Notes under the pieces: generated by a model | Told to the model about the DNA's origin: nothing | What the model saw: only the letters and a program-made list of their open reading frames with translations | Database searches by the model: none | In this document: positions 1 to 8,120 of the stretch, in pieces | How positions within the stretch are numbered: the first letter of the stretch is position 1 | Layout: every line of letters starts with the position of its first letter | Translations under genes and position numbers: made by a program | NCBI GenBank assembly: GCA_964509365.1 | Contig: CAZDWN010000002.1 | Location: 67,701 to 131,700 of the forward strand | From: an uncultured Pseudomonadales bacterium | Lineage (GTDB): Bacteria > Patescibacteriota > Microgenomatia > UBA1400 > UBA12028 | Reading direction: 5' to 3' | DNA length: 64,000 nucleotides

Positions 1-391
1 GGACGCGTTTTTGATCTTCAATTTGCTGTTCTTCTACTTCCCGCTTGATCGTCTGCAGTGCAAAATATGTCTGCCCAAGCGCAACTACTTTTTTGGTTGC
101 ATCGGCGTTTTGGGTAATTAAATAGCATGCGTATCGAGAGAGTAAAATGTCTTGTACCGCACGTGATGCAGTTCTACCTATTTCGATCATATCGGTGACA
201 TCAACAAAATGTTTTTTGGTTGGTTGACCGCTATTTTTACACGCTATTTTGGCTTTTTTGACTGCTGTCTCAAAATTACGATAGTCACTATATTCAAGTG
301 TCTTCGATAATTCTCTACCAGACCAGTATTCTCTTCCAGATTCGGTCGTTTTTTTGATACTTTCAAAAATAGAAAACGAGTTATCACTCAT
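1..391 (-). CDS. DinD/RhuM (Virulence_RhuM) family protein, N-terminal 130 aa; C-terminus runs off the window
   Basis: Minus-strand translation from ATG 391-389 (MSDNSFSIFESIKKTTESGREYWSGRELSKTLEYSDYRNFETAVKKAKIACKNSGQ...HFVDVTDMIEIG...LSRYACYLITQNADATKKVVALGQTYFALQT) aligns by eye with E. coli DinD (WSARELAPLLGYRDWRNFQKV...ACEASGQ...HFVETTKMV...LSRYACYLVVQNGDP...GQTYFAIQT). The start overlaps the hsdM stop (ATGAGTGA). It is absent from the ORF track because it is truncated. Confidence 0.5.
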   Translation of the reverse strand, partial: MSDNSFSIFESIKKTTESGREYWSGRELSKTLEYSDYRNFETAVKKAKIACKNSGQPTKKHFVDVTDMIEIGRTASRAVQDILLSRYACYLITQNADATKKVVALGQTYFALQTIKREVEEQQIEDQKRV

Positions 392-2087
392 AGCCTAGCT
401 CCTTTATAAAACTAGCAACTTTTGCGTCAATTTCGATACGTTCCTTTTCGAGGGCTTGAAGCTCTTTCCAGACGGTCTTGACATCGATTACTTTGACATC
501 ATCATTGGAGTCGATATAACGTCGGACGTTTAAGTTGTACTCGTTCTCGGCGATATCTTTGTGCTCTACCACTTTTGCATACTTTTCAATGTCTTGAAAA
601 TTGTCATAGGCTTCGACAATCTTTTCGATGTCTTGATTGCGAAGTGTATTTTGATTTTTTCCTTCTTGATACTCTTTCTCTGCATCGATGAATAAGATCT
701 TCTTTTTTCTTCCTGCCGGTTTGTTCTTGTTGAGTATCCATACAGCCGCAGGAATTCCCGTCCCAAAAAATAGCTTTGGAGGAAGGGCAATGATTGCCTC
801 GATCAAATCATTTTTGATGATAGCTTCTCGAATTCGACCCTCACTGCCTCCGCGAAAAAGCGCCCCGTGAGGGAGGACGATGCCAGCACGACCATTTCCG
901 TTCATTGATTTGATGATATGCAGGATGAAAGCAAAATCTGCATTCTTTTGTGGTGGAAGTTCGTATCCATCTATCCGACCATATCTATCATTACGAAAAA
1001 TTTCATATTCCCAATCCTTAATAGAATAAGGAGGATTTGCGACAGTGATATCGAATGTTTGCAAACTTCCTGATGCTGTAAGAAATTGCGGAGCTGCCAA
1101 GGTATCTCCTCTTCGGATATCGGCACTATCAAGACCGTGCACAAACATGTTGATCTTTGCGATCGCGAAAGTGCCGATATTAATCTCTTGACCGTACAGG
1201 TATAGCGTTCGAGCGACCTGTTCACCAGACTTCTTCTTTAAGTAACTATACGCTTCGAGTAAGAAACCTCCACTACCGACTGTCGGATCATAAATATGAT
1301 CCTTTTGATGAGGCTTTAAGATACCTATGATAACTCTCTCTACTTCTCGAGGTGAATAAAATTCACCTCCCTTTTTACCGCTATCAGCTGCAAACTCTCC
1401 GATCAAATACTCATACGAGTCACCCAAAAGATCCGAGCTAATATAGGTATCGCCAAAATTATATTGAGAGAAATGATTGATGAGCTTTTGTAAGGTCTCA
1501 TTTGGAAATCGGTCCTTATTGGCAAAGTCCAGATCGTCAAATATTTTGTCGAGTTTGGGACTATTTGAATTTGCTAGCTTTTCAAATATCTCATTGAGTT
1601 TTTTTCCAATATTATCGGGAGTATTGACAATCTCCGACCATCTGCAGTCGCGAGGCACCTGAAATCGGTGGTTATAGTCAGCTGATGCCAAGTCAGTGTC
1701 GTGATACTCACCGAGCACCATTTCGAATTCTTCGTCCCATACATCGCTGATCCGTTTATAGAACAGAAGCCCAAAAATGTATTTCTTGTAGTCAGAGCTG
1801 TCAATTTTCCCTCGTAGAATGTCTGCACTTTTCCATAGGAACTGCTTTAACTGTGTTAAGGTAAGTTTCTCATCACTGATCTGTGTCAAAAGAGCTCCCA
1901 TGTCCGAATGGATTATTTTCTCAACATCGTCCTGCTTATATCGTCGATCTTTGCGCGGCCCAATCCGAAGTGGAGTAAGTACTCCTTTCTTTTCCCAGTT
2001 TCTTAATGTGTCCGCATGAATGTGAAAGAGTTTAGACACTTCTCCAATAGAAAGTAGTGTTGGTTCATTCGCGGTAATATCAGTCAT
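384..2087 (-). CDS. hsdM: Type I restriction-modification N6-adenine DNA methyltransferase subunit (HsdM) with an extra N-terminal MerR/HTH_17-like helix-turn-helix
   Basis: HsdM_N signature (LWKSADILRGKIDSSDYKKYIFGLLFYKRISD) and catalytic NPPY motif (VANPPYSIKDWEYE). The N-terminal 60 aa (LSIGEVSKLFHIHADTLRNWEKKGVL) look like a MerR-type HTH. 567 aa. No hsdS or hsdR is visible in the window; they may lie beyond coordinate 1. Confidence 0.82.
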   Translation of the reverse strand: MTDITANEPTLLSIGEVSKLFHIHADTLRNWEKKGVLTPLRIGPRKDRRYKQDDVEKIIHSDMGALLTQISDEKLTLTQLKQFLWKSADILRGKIDSSDYKKYIFGLLFYKRISDVWDEEFEMVLGEYHDTDLASADYNHRFQVPRDCRWSEIVNTPDNIGKKLNEIFEKLANSNSPKLDKIFDDLDFANKDRFPNETLQKLINHFSQYNFGDTYISSDLLGDSYEYLIGEFAADSGKKGGEFYSPREVERVIIGILKPHQKDHIYDPTVGSGGFLLEAYSYLKKKSGEQVARTLYLYGQEINIGTFAIAKINMFVHGLDSADIRRGDTLAAPQFLTASGSLQTFDITVANPPYSIKDWEYEIFRNDRYGRIDGYELPPQKNADFAFILHIIKSMNGNGRAGIVLPHGALFRGGSEGRIREAIIKNDLIEAIIALPPKLFFGTGIPAAVWILNKNKPAGRKKKILFIDAEKEYQEGKNQNTLRNQDIEKIVEAYDNFQDIEKYAKVVEHKDIAENEYNLNVRRYIDSNDDVKVIDVKTVWKELQALEKERIEIDAKVASFIKELGYE

Positions 2088-2150
2088 TCATTTACTATAC
2101 CAAAGAATAATTCAGTGTCAAATATAAATATATTCATAGGTTCTCATAGG

Positions 2151-3572
2151 TTAGGGCTCCGAAATTACTTCTATAAGTTTTTCCCATATCCTCACCATGG
2201 CAAGGGTATCGAGACCGCAGTAGGTCAGCAGATCCGCTCTGATTTTTTCTTTTTCCTCTGGATTACAATCTCCGAAGACCATTTTCCACCAGGCATTCAT
2301 TGCCGTAGCTCCTTCCCCGATGTCGAGAGTTTTATACGAAAGATCTGGACACAGGACTGGGAGGACATTTTTGATGGACCAGGATCCCTTAAATTCTGGG
2401 AGGACATACATATTGTTGTTCTTGAACGGATCGCCGAGATCATACATCCGGTCATTTACATCGAGCAAGAAATCTCGATACCCAGGATACAGCTCAGACA
2501 TCGATCGATTACATCCTTGCTCAAAGGTCTTATTCCACGCGATCACCGTACCAGTCTTTGGCATATCCTGCTCGAGCGCTTGCACGATCTCTCGACCTGG
2601 ATCGACTTGTGTCGTGACGAGATGCTCATAGTGCTTGATCGGCTGATCAAGATGCTCGACGACATGAAGTGAATACTGAAAGACCATCGTCCCATAGGGT
2701 CGATACCCGTCAAATTGGGGGATGCCAGGATTGAATGTCTCGTAATCCATAAATGCGATCGGCGTCGTGATCTGTTCCAGCTCATGACGAATCAGATCAC
2801 GATCAATAAGTGGCACACCTGATCGTGTGACGTCGATTTGCGCTCGTTGCTTTGGCTTGAGCGAGTAGTCATCTGGGATATCGAGCATCGCTGTGATGCC
2901 CATACTTCGAAGCTCTTTCTTTTGAGAGGATGCAAGTCCGGAAATACTAAAGATAGAGAGATCAGGGAGATTTGGATGGCAATGATCGGGACATGGGCAG
3001 GATTTGGGCTCCAGACAAGCTTCGAGGCTGCTGCACTCGTCACGCATACAGACGAGCCACGCTTCCTCACGTTTTGCACTCACCTCTTCCAAAAGTCCTT
3101 TGACGGACATATCTACCAGATTGATGGTGAAGAATGAGTCGACATCGATCGCACCGTCGCGGACATACTCGCTGTTCACTGTGACGATGTATATGTGGCG
3201 GAGATTGAGTTCCTCTTTGAGAATAAGTGTCTGATAGGCAGCATCATACAGATGCGTAGTATCCCGAGGATTCGTGCTACTTTTGATCTCGTACAAGTCA
3301 TAGCAGTCATCTACCGTGTCGTAGACGAGTGCGTCCGTCCTGCACTGGAAATGATCGGCTGTGAATGTCCGCTGCCAGAAAAGCTGCGTCGAATCGGTCT
3401 GATATTTTGATCGTAGAAACTCTTGTGCCAGGGCCTCGACCTCGTACCCTTGCTTGGTCAAATGCTCCTGAAACGGATCCGTCTTCGCAGCTTGCAAGTC
3501 CTCATGTTTGAGAGACCAGAGATGCATGGGCGAGGAAAGGAAGAGGATAAAGTCTGATTTTGTGAGCAGCAC
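2151..3572 (-). CDS. Cas4/RecB-like PD-(D/E)xK nuclease fused to a DUF2779 (RNase-H-like exonuclease-fold) domain
   Basis: N-terminal half has D...D...EIK (CRTDALVYDTVDDCYDLYEIKSS) and a Cas4-style Cys cluster (CMRDEC...CLEPKSCPCPDHC). C-terminal half has DYET...FQYSLH motifs typical of DUF2779. 473 aa. Confidence 0.55.
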   Translation of the reverse strand: MLLTKSDFILFLSSPMHLWSLKHEDLQAAKTDPFQEHLTKQGYEVEALAQEFLRSKYQTDSTQLFWQRTFTADHFQCRTDALVYDTVDDCYDLYEIKSSTNPRDTTHLYDAAYQTLILKEELNLRHIYIVTVNSEYVRDGAIDVDSFFTINLVDMSVKGLLEEVSAKREEAWLVCMRDECSSLEACLEPKSCPCPDHCHPNLPDLSIFSISGLASSQKKELRSMGITAMLDIPDDYSLKPKQRAQIDVTRSGVPLIDRDLIRHELEQITTPIAFMDYETFNPGIPQFDGYRPYGTMVFQYSLHVVEHLDQPIKHYEHLVTTQVDPGREIVQALEQDMPKTGTVIAWNKTFEQGCNRSMSELYPGYRDFLLDVNDRMYDLGDPFKNNNMYVLPEFKGSWSIKNVLPVLCPDLSYKTLDIGEGATAMNAWWKMVFGDCNPEEKEKIRADLLTYCGLDTLAMVRIWEKLIEVISEP

Positions 3573-3589
3573 AGGCTAAAAGTATATCA

Positions 3590-3793
3590 CTACCCTCTCT
3601 TGCGGTTCTTTCTGTGATGATTTTTCGGGTCCCAATTTTTACCATTGGCATCCACATTTGCCTGCGCTTCGTCACGACGTCTCTGAAGTTCCTGCATATA
3701 TTTTTCCATATCAGAAAGACTGTGACTGACTTCTTCGATTGGTTTGGACGGATCTGGCGTATCACCTTTGATATATACTTCATTTCTTCCCAT
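3590..3793 (-). CDS. small basic hypothetical protein (67 aa)
   Basis: Intact ORF in the gap between flanking genes, Lys/Arg-rich C-terminus. No recognisable domain. Confidence 0.2.
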   Translation of the reverse strand: MGRNEVYIKGDTPDPSKPIEEVSHSLSDMEKYMQELQRRRDEAQANVDANGKNWDPKNHHRKNRKRG

Positions 3794-3828
3794 AATTTTC
3801 TCCCTACTATTTTGGAAAGATGATACGA

Positions 3829-4230
3829 CTAAAACTCAAATTGGTCGAGCGCAAAACGCTGACTGAGCAATTGTAAAAAAAGTATTCGCATCTGACTCTC
3901 TTCTGTTGACGCAATCGCTTCGATCTCGCTTCCAAAAAAGATCACATAGCGACCGCCATGGCCAGCGAGTCGCATCGTCTTGTGCTGTTTGCTTTTCCTG
4001 CCTGTTTTTTTGTCGCCCGAGGCGATCTCAATATAGAGGTCTTGTTCGTCTGCATTGGTCAGCAGAAAATCTGGACGTGTAGTACGCACACGTGCTCCAC
4101 TACGCGCGGTGATCGTCACTTCATGGTGGATGGTAAGCGTGGGAAACGCGCGAAGCAAGATGCTTGCAAAGAGTCGTTCGGTCGGATCAGTTATTTTTTG
4201 GATGTCTTGGTGTGAGGAGATTTCGCCCAT
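3829..4230 (-). CDS. hypothetical protein
   Basis: ORF 3829..4290. Start moved to the internal Met (MGEISSHQ) at 4230 to avoid a 100-nt overlap with the upstream membrane-protein gene. No clear domain. Confidence 0.25.
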   Translation of the reverse strand: MGEISSHQDIQKITDPTERLFASILLRAFPTLTIHHEVTITARSGARVRTTRPDFLLTNADEQDLYIEIASGDKKTGRKSKQHKTMRLAGHGGRYVIFFGSEIEAIASTEESQMRILFLQLLSQRFALDQFEF

Positions 4231-5291
4231 GTCTTCCGGACAATAGCATATTGAGGGGATGAGCGTAAGCCTTGTCCGATGATCCACCAAAACGAGACGA
4301 GGACAGCGATACTCACCGGATTAAAAAGCATGACCGCAAGCACTCCAAACAAACTCGCGAGTAGCGCAGTCTCTTTATGGATGATGAGGCCAGTGATAGA
4401 AAAACCCAAAAGTGTAGTAAACAAAATGAGTCCGATGATCCCTCCCTGCACCCACCAATCCAAAAAGACATTGTGACTACTATCGACATACTGATAGCGA
4501 AGAAAGGTCTGCGTATGCTCGGCGGCAGCTTTCAGTCCCACTTCTGTATTCCCGATGCCCCAGCCAGTGAGGGTCTTCTCTTTGCCAGCTTCGATCGCAG
4601 TACGCCAGATGTCGGCGCGAAAATCAAAGTCTTGCTTGGTATCCAAAAATGGGAGAAATAAAGTAGCGAGTAGGCAGCAGCAGGCAGTAAGGACGAGTAG
4701 TGTATGTGAAAACTTTTTTGCACCGAGCCAGATGCCGAGACTCACACAGAGTCCGATGAGTGCAGACCGTGATCCAGAAATAAAGATAGTGACGAGAGCT
4801 GGCATCGCAGCCCAAATACTTGAAGTCAGAGGCAAGATAAAGAGCGTAAATGCACCGAGCGCATTTGCTTCGCCGATACTTCCGACAGCTCTGCCGGCAC
4901 TATCTGTCCGACCGATGAGTGCGATGATAAGTGTCGCGATCAGGACGACCCAGGACAGGAGTGCGAGTTTGCGGGGTCTTTTGAGTTGTGAGCTTACGAC
5001 GCTCCAGATGAGGAGTGCCCAGAGCGTCAGGATCCCTTGGAGACGAAATGGATTCCCAAAAAATGTCGTCGGTGTCCATTGAGCGATCAGACTATAGAGT
5101 GAGAGACCGATGATACCAAGATGCAAGAAATAGACGCGCTTCCAAGTCCCTCCGCGCCAAAAGAACGTAGCGGCAAGGAGAGCAATAGCGATCAGGGACA
5201 GGAGTACTTTGGGGATCTCATACCATGAGGATCCAAATGGGAGGACCACAAACGGCAATCCAAACAGAATAATCGATGCAAGATACTCCAT
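4191..5291 (-). CDS. Wzy_C domain membrane protein (O-antigen ligase / O-oligosaccharyltransferase family)
   Basis: About 10 predicted TM helices. Wzy_C-type motifs ISGSRSALIGL and SHNVFLDWWVQGGIIGL (HN..L...G..G) lie in the large extracytoplasmic loop. 366 aa. Confidence 0.5.
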   Translation of the reverse strand: MEYLASIILFGLPFVVLPFGSSWYEIPKVLLSLIAIALLAATFFWRGGTWKRVYFLHLGIIGLSLYSLIAQWTPTTFFGNPFRLQGILTLWALLIWSVVSSQLKRPRKLALLSWVVLIATLIIALIGRTDSAGRAVGSIGEANALGAFTLFILPLTSSIWAAMPALVTIFISGSRSALIGLCVSLGIWLGAKKFSHTLLVLTACCCLLATLFLPFLDTKQDFDFRADIWRTAIEAGKEKTLTGWGIGNTEVGLKAAAEHTQTFLRYQYVDSSHNVFLDWWVQGGIIGLILFTTLLGFSITGLIIHKETALLASLFGVLAVMLFNPVSIAVLVSFWWIIGQGLRSSPQYAIVRKTWAKSPHTKTSKK

Positions 5292-5321
5292 GTGTATTAG
5301 CCTAGCAGAATTGCAAAGCCT

Positions 5322-6341
5322 TTAGCGATGCGAGATTTGTGTAAACCAATGTTTGCACGTCTCGACCCAGCGCTGGATGACCTTTTCAAACTTGTGTCCG
5401 TGGTCATCGTCCTTGTGTGGCTCTGGCTTTGGAGTTGGCTTCGCGGTCGGCGTCGGCTTTGGCTTGGCTGTGGCTTTTGGTGTCGCAGTTGGGAGTGGAG
5501 TCGCTGTCGGTCGTGGTGTGGCTGTCGCACGAGGCGTCGCTGTCGGTGTCACGGTTGGTGTGGCAGTCGGAGCTGGCGTCGGCGTGGCAGTTGGCTCTGG
5601 AGTCGGGGTCGCTGTGGCGACTGGAGTTGGTGTCGGTGTAGCAGTCGGGACAGGAGTCGGCGCCGCGGTTGGTACTGGGGTGGCAGTTGGCGCGATCGTC
5701 GGTCCTGGCGTGCGCATCAAAAATGCTCGCAATTTCAAATTCTTAAAGGTGACTTTGCCCAGACCATTATCAGACGTCATGGTGAAATCACCAGGAGCGA
5801 AGGTCGATCCGAGAGCGATTTGCGGTGTCTCATTGTAGTAGAGCCAGTTATTACCATTCGTACCGTCAAACGTACGGAACGACGTCGCTTTCCAGTAGTT
5901 ATTATATTGCGAGAAGTAAAAATTCATCCACATCTGGACTCCATTTTCCATCCACTCCATCTCCAGTGAGCAGTAATACTCTCCCCCTGGATCAGAATGC
6001 AAGCTCGTGAGCACGTCACCTACAAATGTTTTGCCATTGGCTTCGATCGTCATGCCATCTGCTACCAGAAACGCATAGTTGGTATGCCAACTGATTGGGT
6101 GCATGACTGCTGGAGTTGGTGTAGGAGTCGAAGTAGGCAAAGCTGTAGGAGCGATCGTCGGGACTGCAGTTGGTGCTGGTGTCGGGGTCGGTGTGCTGAG
6201 TGGACCACTGATAGGAGCGGTGTCAGGTCCGCCGCCGGCAAAGGCAGTCATATTGGATCGTTGCAGTTGCGAGATGAGCAAAGCACCGATCGCGAGAGTA
6301 GACGTGGTTACGAGAATTTGAGATTTATTCATAAGCGGCAA
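5322..6341 (-). CDS. secreted Pro/Thr-rich protein with a central beta-rich domain and a conserved basic C-terminal tail
   Basis: Signal peptide (MPLMNKSQILVTTSTLAIGALLISQL). Two long (P-T/A)n linkers flank an ~150-aa globular domain. C-terminus is DDDHGHKFEKVIQRWVETCKHWFTQISHR. Paralog of 6386..6820. Confidence 0.5.
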   Translation of the reverse strand: MPLMNKSQILVTTSTLAIGALLISQLQRSNMTAFAGGGPDTAPISGPLSTPTPTPAPTAVPTIAPTALPTSTPTPTPAVMHPISWHTNYAFLVADGMTIEANGKTFVGDVLTSLHSDPGGEYYCSLEMEWMENGVQMWMNFYFSQYNNYWKATSFRTFDGTNGNNWLYYNETPQIALGSTFAPGDFTMTSDNGLGKVTFKNLKLRAFLMRTPGPTIAPTATPVPTAAPTPVPTATPTPTPVATATPTPEPTATPTPAPTATPTVTPTATPRATATPRPTATPLPTATPKATAKPKPTPTAKPTPKPEPHKDDDHGHKFEKVIQRWVETCKHWFTQISHR

Positions 6342-6385
6342 TTATACCGCCTATTATAGGACTGCCAAGTGATCTGCATCACATT

Positions 6386-6820
6386 TTAGCGATGAGGAAT
6401 TCGAGAGAAAAAGCCTCGACACGACTCTACCCAACGATTGATGACCTGTTGGAATTTATGTCCTCTATCGTCATCTTTGCGGCCGTGCATGAGATCCTCG
6501 TGGTCGTCTTTCTCTTTTTTGTCATGCTTTGGTTTTGGCGTCGATGTCGGCTTTGGACTATGTGTCGGCTTAGGAGTGCTTGTCGGAGACGTGGTAGGCG
6601 TCGGTGTTGCGGTGGCGACTGGTGTAGCCGTCGGACTGGTCTCTGGGGTGGCACTCGGAGTCGGGGTCGGACTGTCGATTGGTGAGGTGATGGGTGCCGT
6701 GATCGGACCTGTGATTGGGCCTTCTGCAAACGCCTTCAGACTTGAGTGCGCGAGCTGGCTCGTGACCAAGACGGTCAAAGCAAGTGCGGAAGTGGTGAGG
6801 ACGATGCGTGATGTATTCAT
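6386..6820 (-). CDS. secreted Pro/Thr-rich protein, short paralog sharing the signal peptide and C-terminal tail
   Basis: Start placed at MNTSRIVLTTSALALTVLV (internal Met of ORF 6386..6922). PT linker then DDDRGHKFQQVINRWVESCRGFFSRIPHR, near-identical in pattern to the tail of 5322..6341. Confidence 0.45.
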   Translation of the reverse strand: MNTSRIVLTTSALALTVLVTSQLAHSSLKAFAEGPITGPITAPITSPIDSPTPTPSATPETSPTATPVATATPTPTTSPTSTPKPTHSPKPTSTPKPKHDKKEKDDHEDLMHGRKDDDRGHKFQQVINRWVESCRGFFSRIPHR

Positions 6821-6908
6821 ATGTTGATTATAGGATATATTGACCCTCTGGTGCAAGGTGGAAAAGAGCCCCGCAGTGGCGGGGCTCAGTTTGGTGCCGG
6901 CGAGTCGG

Positions 6909-7385
6909 CTACTGTAGTGCACGAAGAACCGCCTGGATCGTCAACATAAAGATGAACGCGGTCATTCCGCCGTAAATGACACCCGCGGCTCGAGACTCCA
7001 CAGGCAGCACATAATATGCCACTGCTCCGCAGATGAACATTGCGACCCAAGTCGAGATCTTCCAAGCAGAGCTCATTGCTCTCACTCGAGTGCCATCCGT
7101 CTTCTTTGGCCCCAGCAATAGCGCTGCGACGATGAGAGCTATCGCGAACGCTCCAGCTGGGATGCCAAGTACGACGGGCCAAGGTTGACCTAAGTATTTG
7201 TCGAGCTGAGACTGGCTGCAGAGGAAATACGCGAATCCTGCACAGATGGCAGTCTTAACGAAATCTGACAGACAGCCTTCGTCCTTCTTCGGTACTTCGT
7301 TTCCCAAAATTGCACGCACCTTTCTCGCTTTTTGATAGTTGCTTTCGCAGTGAAAGCTCTTTCGAAGGCAAAGTATAGCATTCAA
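6909..7385 (-). CDS. hypothetical membrane protein
   Basis: 158-aa ORF with 3-4 hydrophobic helices. No recognisable motif. Confidence 0.3.
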   Translation of the reverse strand: MNAILCLRKSFHCESNYQKARKVRAILGNEVPKKDEGCLSDFVKTAICAGFAYFLCSQSQLDKYLGQPWPVVLGIPAGAFAIALIVAALLLGPKKTDGTRVRAMSSAWKISTWVAMFICGAVAYYVLPVESRAAGVIYGGMTAFIFMLTIQAVLRALQ

Positions 7386-7388
7386 GAG

Positions 7389-8114
7389 TTAGGCCGGGAT
7401 GAGTTGGATGTCGGTAGCAAGTTCTGGCTCCTCAACTTTGATGGGAGGCTTGGGATTGAGGAGGAATAAGTGCATGATGATGGAAGGATCTAGACATTCA
7501 GTCCACGCTGCATACAGATGATTGGCAAATTCCATATCCGTTGGCTGATCTCCGATGACCACGACATCCGTATACTGTATGGAGTCATGTTTTGGAGGAT
7601 GCGACCTGACATAGTCGAGCGTTTGATCGATAGCTAGCTGTGTGCTCTTGTACGGTGGAAACATCAAGGGCGGCTGAAACGGCGGAGCAGCAAGATAATC
7701 GATCTCATTTTCCTGTAATACTTTGGGGAAATAATCATAATTTTGGAGCTCTCCAAAAAACTTCGCGACCAAGTGACCACAATCTGTTTGATTGGTGATG
7801 ACCAGCAACCTGCACCACTGGCGCGCTATCTCCAGCAGCAGCGCGACATCCTCTGGCCTGATCTCACCGAAACGACCAAGTAATTTGCCGAGATTTTGAT
7901 CTCGTACAGTGTTGTCATAATCAGTGATGACAAGTGTGGTGTCATTGCGAATGAGATCCAAATACTGAAGGTAGCGAAAGACGGAGCGAAGGGATGAGTG
8001 AGTGAAATCAGGTTGGATTTTCCAATCTGGATTTAGGTGGTCGGTGGACGAAAAGTATTGCGTCCACGCTCGGAGAGTATCGAGTTGTGTCACTGTAAGT
8101 ACTGAGTATAGCAA
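7389..8114 (-). CDS. HAD-superfamily hydrolase-like protein
   Basis: Motif I DxDxT (LVITDYDNTV) and motif IV GDxxxD (VVVIGDQPTDMEF). 241 aa. Stop lies 6 nt upstream of the helicase start. Confidence 0.5.
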   Translation of the reverse strand: MLYSVLTVTQLDTLRAWTQYFSSTDHLNPDWKIQPDFTHSSLRSVFRYLQYLDLIRNDTTLVITDYDNTVRDQNLGKLLGRFGEIRPEDVALLLEIARQWCRLLVITNQTDCGHLVAKFFGELQNYDYFPKVLQENEIDYLAAPPFQPPLMFPPYKSTQLAIDQTLDYVRSHPPKHDSIQYTDVVVIGDQPTDMEFANHLYAAWTECLDPSIIMHLFLLNPKPPIKVEEPELATDIQLIPA

Positions 8115-8120
8115 ATGTGA

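Noticed and set aside
5328-6827. Several 60-210-aa ORFs antisense to the PT-rich genes (5328..5969, 5353..5838, 5417..5641, 6079..6321, 6438..6827) encoding Arg/Trp/Gly/Val-rich low-complexity peptides
   Set aside because: They are mirror images of the (ACN-CCN)n Pro/Thr codon repeats on the other strand. They have no start context and no domain, and fully overlap better-supported genes.
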